Shown here piece by piece: positions 56,345 through 64,000 of a stretch of DNA of 64,000 bases. The notes under the pieces were generated by a model. That model did not search any database. It was given only the letters and a program-made list of their open reading frames with translations, and was not told the origin of the DNA. Where the stretch lies: assembly GCA_964396965.1 (NCBI GenBank), contig CAYNGD010000008.1:2779-66778 (forward strand), read 5' to 3'. A program made the translations under genes and the position numbers. Each line of letters opens with the position of its first letter. The first letter of the stretch is position 1. Source of the DNA: an uncultured Dehalococcoidales bacterium. Its GTDB lineage: Bacteria > Chloroflexota > Dehalococcoidia > Dehalococcoidales > BS750m-G39.

Positions 56345-57532
56345 TTATTTTGTCACGCTAACCAGCGCCTCATCCACTATAGCCAGCGCCTCATCGACCT
56401 CTTTCCTGCCGATAATGAGCGGGGGGATAAAGCGGATGGCGTTGGGCTTGAGCTTGTTGACCAGCAGACCACGCTCCAGGCAGGCCATCAGCAGCGGCTG
56501 GGCGATATCGCGGTCAAACTCCATCGCCAACAGCAGCCCACGCCCCCGGACATCGGTGATGAACGGGAACCTGGCCTTCATCCCCTCCAGCTTTTCGATA
56601 AAATAGCCACCCACCTCTTTCACCCTGCCAGCGATATTGTTATCAATAACGAACTTGACCGTGGCGTAGCCGGCGGCGCAGGCCAGAGGGTTGCCGCCGA
56701 AGGTAGAGCCGTGCTCACCGGGGACGAAGACCGAGGCCTTTTCCTTGGCCAGAATAGCCCCGATGGGCACGCCACCGGCCAGACCCTTGGCCAGGGTCAT
56801 TATATCAGGTTCGACGCCGTACTGCTCGTAGGCGAAGAGCGTCCCCGTCCGGCCAATGCCCGTCTGGACTTCATCCAAGATGAGCAGTATGCCCTTCTGG
56901 TCGCACCAGTTACGTATGGCGGGCAGATAGCCGTCATCGGGCAGGTTGACCCCGCCCTCCCCCTGTATCGGCTCCAGCATAATGGCGCAGGTGCGCTCGG
57001 TGGTGGCCGTCTTTATCGCCTCGACATCATTGAACTGGACATTGACGAAGCCGGTGGGGAGGGGCGGATAGGGCTCCTGTAAGGCTGCCTGAGCTGTAGC
57101 CGCTGTCATGGCTAAGGTACGACCATGAAAGGAGCCGGTCAGGGTGATAACCTCAAAAGCTCCATTCAGGTAGAGTTTCCCGTAGCGTCGGGCTAATTTT
57201 ACTGCGCCTTCATTAGCCTCCACCCCACTATTGCCGAAGAATACTCTGTCCAGACAGCTGTTCTTTACGAGTAGTTCGGCCAGTTGAAGCTGCGGTATGG
57301 TGTAGTACAGATTTGAGGTCTGAATGAGCGTCTTTACCTGTTTGGTGACCGCTTCAATCACTACCGGATGGCAATGACCAAGGCTAGTGACAGCCAAGCC
57401 AGCAAAAAAGTCCAGGTACTGCCTGCCCTCATCGTCCCAGACATAGGGCCCCTTGCCCCTGACGATGGTCAGGGGGATGCGCTCGAAGGTCTTCATGTAG
57501 TATTTCTTCTCTAGCTCCTGCCAGTCTGTCAT
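56345..57532 (-). CDS. argD: acetylornithine aminotransferase
   Basis: Class III aminotransferase: GNSGVEANE, LDEVQTGIGRTG, TLAKGL. Confidence 0.9.
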   Translation of the reverse strand: MTDWQELEKKYYMKTFERIPLTIVRGKGPYVWDDEGRQYLDFFAGLAVTSLGHCHPVVIEAVTKQVKTLIQTSNLYYTIPQLQLAELLVKNSCLDRVFFGNSGVEANEGAVKLARRYGKLYLNGAFEVITLTGSFHGRTLAMTAATAQAALQEPYPPLPTGFVNVQFNDVEAIKTATTERTCAIMLEPIQGEGGVNLPDDGYLPAIRNWCDQKGILLILDEVQTGIGRTGTLFAYEQYGVEPDIMTLAKGLAGGVPIGAILAKEKASVFVPGEHGSTFGGNPLACAAGYATVKFVIDNNIAGRVKEVGGYFIEKLEGMKARFPFITDVRGRGLLLAMEFDRDIAQPLLMACLERGLLVNKLKPNAIRFIPPLIIGRKEVDEALAIVDEALVSVTK

Positions 57533-57534
57533 TT

Positions 57535-58326
57535 CTATTTCCCTATAGTTGTGCCGCCGCCCTTTCCGTTAATGTCGTCGAGGAGGGCGTGCGACTGCCG
57601 GCCGTCAACGATAACACAGCCCGACGAGGCCCCCGAAAAAGCCGTCAGGCAGGCCTTAATCTTGGGAATCATCCCGCCTGAGACCGTACCTGCTGCCATC
57701 AAAGCCTCGGCCTCATCAGGGGAGAGACGGGCCAGCAGATTGCCGGAGTGGTCATTGACACCGGCGACATCGGTCAGGAAGACCAGCTTCTCGGCCTTGA
57801 TGGCGGCGGCAAGCTCGCCGGCGACGATATCGGCATTGATATTGAGGACGCGGGGGGACTTCTCCGCCTTGTCGGCAATGGCCACCGGCGCCACCACCGG
57901 TATGTAGCCCGCATTGAGCAGGGTCTCCAGGGGGGTGGGGTCAATCTTGGCCACCTCACCGACGTAGCCCAGCTCCTTGCTCTTGAGCCGTCCCCGGATG
58001 AAAGCCCCATCAACGCCGCTGATGCCGATGGCCAGGCCGCCGCGGGCGTTGATGTCGGCGACAAGCTCCTTGTTGACCACCCCCACCAGAACCGAGACCA
58101 CCACCTCAAGGGTCTGTTCGTCAGTAACGCGCTCGCCGTTGATAAACCTGGTCTCGATGCCCCTCTTCTCCAGCCAGCTGGTTATCAGCTTGCCGCCGCC
58201 GTGGACGACCACCACCGACCTGCCCTGCTGCTGGAGAGAGACAATATCGGCGATGGTGGTATCGTGGCTGCCCAGAGTGGCACCGCCCAGCTTGACTACG
58301 ATTGCTTTATCCAATTTACCCCCCAT
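57535..58326 (-). CDS. argB: acetylglutamate kinase
   Basis: VVKLGG, VVVHGGG, NINAD amino-acid-kinase motifs. Confidence 0.9.
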   Translation of the reverse strand: MGGKLDKAIVVKLGGATLGSHDTTIADIVSLQQQGRSVVVVHGGGKLITSWLEKRGIETRFINGERVTDEQTLEVVVSVLVGVVNKELVADINARGGLAIGISGVDGAFIRGRLKSKELGYVGEVAKIDPTPLETLLNAGYIPVVAPVAIADKAEKSPRVLNINADIVAGELAAAIKAEKLVFLTDVAGVNDHSGNLLARLSPDEAEALMAAGTVSGGMIPKIKACLTAFSGASSGCVIVDGRQSHALLDDINGKGGGTTIGK

Positions 58327-58329
58327 ACT

Positions 58330-59541
58330 CTATGTCATATACTTACTGTTAATGGCCACATATTCCCCGGAGAGGTCGCAGCCCCAGGCGGTGGCCCTTC
58401 CCTCCCCCAGATTGAGGCTCACCCTCAGGTTTACCTCCTCGCCCTTTAAAAGCCTGTTTATCTCCCGCCTGCCGGACTTCAGGGCCCGGCCCGCTTTGAC
58501 CACCTGAATATCGCCCAGGTAGAGGTCAATTTTAGTCTCCTCCATCTCGGCGCCGCTCCTCCCCACCGCTGCCACCACCCGCCCCCAGTTGGGGTCGGCG
58601 CCATGGACCGCCGTCTTGACCAGCGCCGAGCTTACCACCGCCCGGGCCGCCCACCTTGCCTGAGCCAAATCGGCGGCGCCGTCAACGGTCACCTCAATGA
58701 GCCGGGTCGCCCCCTCGCCGTCGGCGGCGATAAGCCGGGCCAGATGGAGGCAGACCCGCTCCAGCGCCTGCTCAAAAGCAGACGCCAGCGGACTACCCGC
58801 CGTTATCGGCTGGCCGCCGGCCAGCCCGTTGGCCAGAATCAGAACCATATCGCTGGGACTGGTATCGCCGTCAATAGAGACCATATTAAACGAGGCGTCA
58901 ACCGCCCTCTTCAGCGCTCCTTGAAGAAAGCCCCTCTCCACGGCGGCATCGGTGGTGAGAAAGCAGAGCAGGGTGGCCATATTTGGGTGAATCATCCCCG
59001 AACCCTTGGCCGTCCCGCCGATGGTGAACCGGCTTTCCCCCAGCCGGACGCTGACCGCCGTCTCTTTGGGGATGGTGTCGGTGGTCATCATCGCTTTGGC
59101 CAGGTCGTGGCCGCCTTCGCGGGACATGATAATCATCTCCACCGCCGGCCTGATAAGCCTCATCGGCAGGGGCACCCCGATAACGCCGGTGCTGGCCACC
59201 AGAACCTCCTCCGGGGATATGCCGATGCCCCCGGCTACCAGACTGGCTACCTCGGCGGCATCAACCAGGCCGTGCTCTCCGGTAAATGAGTTGGAACAAC
59301 CGCTGTTGACCACCACCGCCCTCCCCTTCTCCAGCCGCTGCCGGGTAAGCTGCACCGGTGCCCCCTTGAGCTGGCTGGTGGTAAATACGCCCGCCGCAGT
59401 ACAGGGCGTCTCGGAAAAGAGGACGGCCAGGTCTAATTTACCAGCGGCTCTCTTGTTTATCCCGGCGCTAACCGCACCGGCGAAAAACCCCTCGGGCGAG
59501 GTGACCGTACCCCCCGGGACGGCCTTGATTTGGGCTTCCAT
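58330..59541 (-). CDS. argJ: bifunctional ornithine acetyltransferase / N-acetylglutamate synthase
   Basis: GFFAGAVSAGIK-like, autoprocessing site ATLLCFLTTDA. Start set to ATG 59541 (MEAQIKAVPGG), not the listed TTG 59589. Confidence 0.9.
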   Translation of the reverse strand: MEAQIKAVPGGTVTSPEGFFAGAVSAGINKRAAGKLDLAVLFSETPCTAAGVFTTSQLKGAPVQLTRQRLEKGRAVVVNSGCSNSFTGEHGLVDAAEVASLVAGGIGISPEEVLVASTGVIGVPLPMRLIRPAVEMIIMSREGGHDLAKAMMTTDTIPKETAVSVRLGESRFTIGGTAKGSGMIHPNMATLLCFLTTDAAVERGFLQGALKRAVDASFNMVSIDGDTSPSDMVLILANGLAGGQPITAGSPLASAFEQALERVCLHLARLIAADGEGATRLIEVTVDGAADLAQARWAARAVVSSALVKTAVHGADPNWGRVVAAVGRSGAEMEETKIDLYLGDIQVVKAGRALKSGRREINRLLKGEEVNLRVSLNLGEGRATAWGCDLSGEYVAINSKYMT

Positions 59542-59548
59542 TACCCAA

Positions 59549-59557
59549 AATATAGCA
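59549..59557 (-). promoter_or_regulatory. extended -10 TGCTATATT 7 nt upstream of argJ ATG (leaderless arg operon candidate)
   Basis: Minus strand reads GTG TGC TATATT TTGGGTA ATG. Confidence 0.5.
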
Positions 59558-59623
59558 CACTGGATTGTGTATGACAACGAGACTTGCAATCTCTCCCCAA
59601 TAACGATAAACTCAATCTAAATT

Positions 59624-60382
59624 ATGAAAATCGTGCGTTTTGCTGCTGAGAATAAGGTAGTTTATGGCATCCTGGAAGGTGACCACATTCAGGCTATTGA
59701 AGATGAGCCTTTCCATAGCCTCAAGCGCTCAGACCACGGTTATCTCTTAAGCGAGGTTAAACTGTTTTTCCCCTGCGTACCCAGCAAAGTGGTGGCTATA
59801 GGACTCAACTACCGCAAACATGCTGAAGAGGTCAAGGTACACCTGCCCGAAAACCCGCTAATTTTCCTCAAGCCATCGACGGCGGTAATAGGGCCGGAAG
59901 ATAGTATTATCTATCCCCCCTCTTCGTCAAGGGTTGACTACGAGGGGGAGCTGGGGGTAGTAATAAAGAAAGCGGCACGGAGGGTAACGGCTGCCAAGGC
60001 ACTGGACTACGTCCTTGGCTACACCTGCTTTAACGATGTCACCGCCCGCGACCTTCAGTACCACGATAAGCAGTGGACCCGCGCCAAGGGCTTCGACACA
60101 TTTGCACCGATGGGGCCATGTATCGAGACCAAGCTTGAGCCTGGAAATGTCGTCCTGGGAACTTACCTTAACGGAGAGCTTAAACAGCACACCAGCACCA
60201 GCGACCTTATCTTCTCTGTCCCCGAACTGATCAGCTTTATCTCCCACGTGATGACCCTGCTGCCGGGGGATGTTATCGCTACCGGGACGCCCAGCGGTAT
60301 CAGCCCGATGTACCCCGGCGATACTGTGGAGATTAAGATAGAGGGGATAGGCACACTGAGGAATTACGTGGTCAAGGGCTAG
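59624..60382 (+). CDS. fumarylacetoacetate hydrolase family protein
   Basis: NYRKHAEE, DYEGELGVVI, GYT..NDVTARDLQ, LLPGDVIATGTP. Confidence 0.85.
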   Translation: MKIVRFAAENKVVYGILEGDHIQAIEDEPFHSLKRSDHGYLLSEVKLFFPCVPSKVVAIGLNYRKHAEEVKVHLPENPLIFLKPSTAVIGPEDSIIYPPSSSRVDYEGELGVVIKKAARRVTAAKALDYVLGYTCFNDVTARDLQYHDKQWTRAKGFDTFAPMGPCIETKLEPGNVVLGTYLNGELKQHTSTSDLIFSVPELISFISHVMTLLPGDVIATGTPSGISPMYPGDTVEIKIEGIGTLRNYVVKG

Positions 60383-60415
60383 CTAATCCTATTACCCCCC
60401 TTTCTATTACCAGAT

Positions 60416-60662
60416 GTTCTTCTTCCCGTCCTCCCACCCTACAGAAGTGATGCTTCTTAACGGGGAAATTTCCCTTAATCCCCTTTACCAAAGGAGGGAA
60501 ACTGCCCACTTTTTAGAGGCCGTTTTTCTTCCCACCCTGACCCACCCTCAAAGGCTGTGCCTTTAAAACTCCCTCAATATAGGGAGGAGCAGGGGAAACA
60601 AGGAAAGTGATAGAAGCGCAGCTTATGAGGGCGGGCGGGTATGGGAAGATAGACGTGGGGGG
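60416..60662. repeat. composite: variant left arm (60416-60465) + linker + complete element (left arm 60528-60586, right arm 60599-60662)
   Basis: CTTCCCGTCCTCCCACCCTACAGAAGTGATGCTTCT...; CTTCCCACCCTGACCCACCCTCAAAGGCTGTGCCTTTAAAACTCCCTCAATATAGGGAG; ...GAAGCGCAGCTTATGAGGGCGGGCGGGTATGGGAAGATAGACGTGGGGGG. Confidence 0.8.
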
Positions 60663-61268
60663 TTATTTGGTATGCGTCCCGTAGGCGATGGACCGCTTCA
60701 TAAACTCGGGCGGGTACTCGAACTTCTTGGCGGCCAGAACCACCATCTGCCGCCCCAGGTCAAAGGCTGCCTTCATGCACTTCTCCAGCTTCTTGACGTC
60801 ACCAGGCGGGCTGGCATAGGCGGCCACGTAGTTGGCCGGCAGCATATGGCGGCTGATGATATAGAAATAGAGGTCCTTGACGGCGCTGGCCAGCCCGAAA
60901 CTGCCGGCGACGGCGACGATACCGCCCACCTTATTGGCCAGGCTCATATCGGGGTGGCTGGTCACCATTGTCCGGTCAATGATGGTCTTGGCCTGGGCGG
61001 CCATGTTATAGAAGTAAACCGGCGTGCCGAAGATGATGCCGTCCGCCTCGAGCAGCTTCGGGTAAAGCTCCTGCATATCGTCCTGGATATGACACTTCCC
61101 AGTCTCGTCACAGGTGCTGCAGCCGTCGCACGGCTTGATGGTCTTGCCCGACACACTGTAGAGCTCCACCTCGGCCCCCTCCTGCTGCGCTCCTTTGAGC
61201 GCTTGGGTTAAAAGTGTCACTGTGTTTCCCTTCTTGCGGGGACTGCACGAAATAGCCAGAATCTTCAT
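60663..61268 (-). CDS. iron-sulfur flavoprotein / NADPH-dependent FMN reductase family
   Basis: MKILAISCSPRKKGNT flavodoxin-like P-loop. Compact Cys motif CDGCSTCDETGKC (C-x2-C-x2-C-x5-C). Confidence 0.7.
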   Translation of the reverse strand: MKILAISCSPRKKGNTVTLLTQALKGAQQEGAEVELYSVSGKTIKPCDGCSTCDETGKCHIQDDMQELYPKLLEADGIIFGTPVYFYNMAAQAKTIIDRTMVTSHPDMSLANKVGGIVAVAGSFGLASAVKDLYFYIISRHMLPANYVAAYASPPGDVKKLEKCMKAAFDLGRQMVVLAAKKFEYPPEFMKRSIAYGTHTK

Positions 61269-61292
61269 CTTTTCTCCCTTTCTTCTAAATCA

Positions 61293-63851
61293 CTAACCCT
61301 CTTTTGCCTTCTTCTGAAGCTCGTAGAGCCGGGTAATGGCCTCCAGCGGCGTCATCGAGTCAATGTCCAGCTTCTCCAGCTCTTCGAAGAGAGGCGATTT
61401 CGGCGACATTAACGGCAGCTGGCGGGGTAGAGCCTCCCTGCGGCGGCGCTTGGTTAAAGCCTGCTTGCTGCCGTCCTCTAACTCCTCTAAGACCTCGCGG
61501 GCGCGGTGGACCACCGCCCGGGGCAGCCCGGCCAGCTTGGCCACGTGGATGCCGTAGCTCTTATCAACCCCGCCGGGGACGATTTTATATAAAAAGGTGA
61601 CCTCTCCCCTGTCTTCGGCGACGGCGACATTAAAGTTCTTGACGCGGGGCAGGAAACTGGCCAGCTCGACCAGCTCGTGGTAGTGGGTGGCGAAGAGTGT
61701 CTTAGCACCCAGTTTGGGGTAGGAGTGGATGTACTCAGCGACGGCGCGGGCGATGGCCAGCCCGTCGTAGGTGCTGGTGCCCCGCCCGATCTCGTCTAAG
61801 ATAATCAGGGAGCGTGGGGTGGCGTTGTTCAGGATATTGGCCGTCTCTACCATCTCCACCATGAAGGTGGACTGGCCGGCGGTCAGGTCTTCACGGGCGC
61901 CAATGCGGGTGAAGATGCGGTCAACCAGGCCGATGGTGGCCGAGGTGGCGGGGACGAAGCTGCCAACCTGCGCTAAAAGCACGATTAAGGCCACCTGCCT
62001 GAGATAGGTAGACTTGCCCGACATGTTGGGGCCGGTGAGGACGATTAGCTGGGCGTCGTCGTTGGAAAGAAAAGTATCGTTGGGGACGAAGCTGCCTTCA
62101 GGCAAAGTCCTCTCGACAACGGGGTGGCGTCCGCCGGAAATATTTATCTCGTTTCCGGTGGTGAGGGTGGGGCGGACATAGCTGTGGCGGACGGCTACCT
62201 CGGCCATCGAGGAGAAGGCGTCTATATCGGCCAGAGCGCCCGCCGATGCCGAGATGCGCTCGGAATCCGCCCCCACCTGCCCGCAGACCTGCCTAAAGAG
62301 CTGTACTTCCAATTCTGAAATCCTGTCCTGGGCGTTTAGAATCAATGACTCATACTCTTTTAGTTCCGGGGTGAAGAAGCGCTCACCGTTAACCAGTGTC
62401 TGCTTGCGGATATATTCCGGGGGCACCTGAGCCAGGTTGGGCTTGGAAACCTCGATGTAGTAGCCGAAGACCTTGTTAAAACCGACTTTGAGCGACCTGA
62501 TGCCGGTCTTCTCCCGCTCGGTCTTCTCCAAATCGGCCAAATACTGTTTGGCGTTCTTGGAAGAGCCGCGCAAATTGTCCAGCTCCTCGGAGAAGCCCGG
62601 CTTGATGACGCCTCCCTGCTCCAGGCCGCCCGGCGACTCCACGATGGCCCTAGCAATCAAATCAACGACCTCGGGGCAGGGCTTTAAGTTACTTCTAAGC
62701 CAGGCGGCCGGCTCAAGCACCTCAATAAGCTTGGGTATAATTTCAAGGCTGCGGCGGAGGGCGGTAAGCTCACGGGGGATGGCGATGCCGCCCTTTATCC
62801 GGTTAATCAGGCGCTCTATATCGGCCACCTCGCCAAGTAGAGATATGGTCTGGCGGCAAGCCAGCGTACTTTCGGTGAACCATTCTATAGCGTCCTGCCG
62901 CTGGTTCAGTTCTGCTATGTCAAGCAGGGGCCGGCCCAGCCAGCGCCGGAGGAGCCGCCCCCCCATCGCCGTTTTAGTTAAATCAATGCTGAAAAGCAGC
63001 GAGCCGGCGGCAGTACCGGAGCGGCTGGACTGGAAAAGCTCCAGGTTTCTTTGGGTCTGCACGTCCAGCGCCATAAAAGAGTCGGTGGTATAGGTGGTGA
63101 GGTGGCTGAGCTGCCCCAGCACCCCCTTCTGCGTCTCCTCAAGGTAGTGAATGATAGCCCCGGCTGCCCTAACCGCCAATGGCAGATGGCCGCAGCCGTA
63201 GCCGTCCAGGGTGGAAACGCCGAAGTGTTTAAGAAGGGCCTGGGTGGCGACATCAAGCTCGAACCAGTAGTCCTCAAGGCGGGTCAGCGAGGCCTTCAAG
63301 CCTGAATCGGGAAGCTCGGCGCTCTCGGGGGCGATAATCTCCGAAGGCCTGAGCCTCTCCAGCTCGGGGACAAGGCGGTGGGGAGGCAACCGGGTGGTGG
63401 CGAACTCGCTGGTGGTGATGTCAACGTAGGCCAGCCCCACCCCGTCCTCACCCCAGACCAGGCTGACCAGATAGTTGTTGGCCCTGCTGTCGAGCAGGCC
63501 GGGCTCGACCACCGTCCCCGGCGTCACCAGCCGGACTACCTCACGCTGAACCAGCCCTTTAGTCTCGCCGGGCCTGGTCACCTGCTCGCAGATGGCCACC
63601 TTATAGCCCCGATTTATCAGTCTCGCCAGGTAGTTGTCTAAAGCGTGGTAGGGGATGCCCGCCATCGGCACCTTGTGCCCCTTGCCCATCCCCCGCGAGG
63701 TTAAAACAATCTCCAGCTCCCGCGAGGTCAGCCGGGCGTCCTCGTCGAAGGTCTCGTAGAAATCGCCCAGGCGGAAGAGCACAATCGCCTTGGGGTACTG
63801 CTGCCTGATTTTGAGGTACTGGCGGCGGATGGGGGTGACAGCCTCTTTCAT
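61293..63851 (-). CDS. mutS: DNA mismatch repair protein MutS
   Basis: TPIRRQYL...GDFYETF mismatch-binding N-terminus, Walker A GPNMSGKST, DEIGRGTSTYDG, THYHEL. Confidence 0.95.
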   Translation of the reverse strand: MKEAVTPIRRQYLKIRQQYPKAIVLFRLGDFYETFDEDARLTSRELEIVLTSRGMGKGHKVPMAGIPYHALDNYLARLINRGYKVAICEQVTRPGETKGLVQREVVRLVTPGTVVEPGLLDSRANNYLVSLVWGEDGVGLAYVDITTSEFATTRLPPHRLVPELERLRPSEIIAPESAELPDSGLKASLTRLEDYWFELDVATQALLKHFGVSTLDGYGCGHLPLAVRAAGAIIHYLEETQKGVLGQLSHLTTYTTDSFMALDVQTQRNLELFQSSRSGTAAGSLLFSIDLTKTAMGGRLLRRWLGRPLLDIAELNQRQDAIEWFTESTLACRQTISLLGEVADIERLINRIKGGIAIPRELTALRRSLEIIPKLIEVLEPAAWLRSNLKPCPEVVDLIARAIVESPGGLEQGGVIKPGFSEELDNLRGSSKNAKQYLADLEKTEREKTGIRSLKVGFNKVFGYYIEVSKPNLAQVPPEYIRKQTLVNGERFFTPELKEYESLILNAQDRISELEVQLFRQVCGQVGADSERISASAGALADIDAFSSMAEVAVRHSYVRPTLTTGNEINISGGRHPVVERTLPEGSFVPNDTFLSNDDAQLIVLTGPNMSGKSTYLRQVALIVLLAQVGSFVPATSATIGLVDRIFTRIGAREDLTAGQSTFMVEMVETANILNNATPRSLIILDEIGRGTSTYDGLAIARAVAEYIHSYPKLGAKTLFATHYHELVELASFLPRVKNFNVAVAEDRGEVTFLYKIVPGGVDKSYGIHVAKLAGLPRAVVHRAREVLEELEDGSKQALTKRRRREALPRQLPLMSPKSPLFEELEKLDIDSMTPLEAITRLYELQKKAKEG

Positions 63852-63907
63852 CTCAAGCCTATTCTACTAGAATCCGGGCCCAAAAAGAAGGGGGAAATAT
63901 CCCTACG

Positions 63908-63986
63908 TTTTACTTCCCACCCTGACCCACCCTCAAAGGCTGTGGCTTTAAAACACCCCCCAAAAAGGGGGGGGGGGGGGGAGGGG
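63908..63986. repeat. left arm followed by C6-A5-G15 hairpin/homopolymer
   Basis: TTTTACTTCCCACCCTGACCCACCCTCAAAGGCTGTGGCTTTAAAACACCCCCCAAAAAGGGGGGGGGGGGGGGAGGGG. The element may continue past the window end. Confidence 0.75.
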
Positions 63987-64000
63987 TAAAAGAAATTTGG

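Noticed and set aside
53742-59541. The arg cluster lacks argC and argF/carAB; is this a sign of an unusual pathway?
   Set aside because: The missing genes may simply lie elsewhere. This cannot be judged from one window.

Overview
GC-rich bacterial chromosomal window (about 60% G+C by eye), almost fully coding, with about 61 CDS and no rRNA, tRNA or CRISPR array seen. All calls come from reading the ORF translations and the DNA; no search was run. Most of the window is core housekeeping in Firmicutes/Chloroflexi-like synteny: plsX-trxA-trxB; rplI-dnaB-dnaD-like-dnaC/dnaI-like; holB-ricT; lysA; groES-groEL with a perfect CIRCE operator; tsaD; tilS; purF-purM-purH; gatC/gatA; trpS; argS; recG; a fakA-like gene plus three degV; rpmB; rpe; argJ-argB-argD-argG-argH; mutS. 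The protein sequences look Chloroflexota (Dehalococcoidia-like), which is inference only. Six things are not routine. (1) A split three-ORF BCR/HAD-family enzyme (two DUF2229/HGD-D-like subunits plus a BcrA/HgdC-type ATPase) lies in one gene string with an M20 amidohydrolase and plsX, and may be a plasmalogen-synthase-like lipid system. (2) A family of about 150-bp intergenic inverted-repeat elements occurs at eight or more loci; each arm carries a canonical G-quadruplex motif and small hairpins with compensatory substitutions. (3) An AT-rich single-gene island encodes an AIPR-like (abortive-infection family) protein, preceded by a terminator-bounded candidate sRNA. (4) The trpS to glycosyltransferase to gamma-CA region is mosaic and bracketed by short direct duplications. 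(5) Several gene fusions and insertions stand out: PncA-NAPRT, an L9 K/E-rich tail, and a membrane CDF-like gene inside gatC-gatA. (6) A recurring TGCTATAAT extended -10 lies 7-9 nt from start codons, implying leaderless mRNAs.
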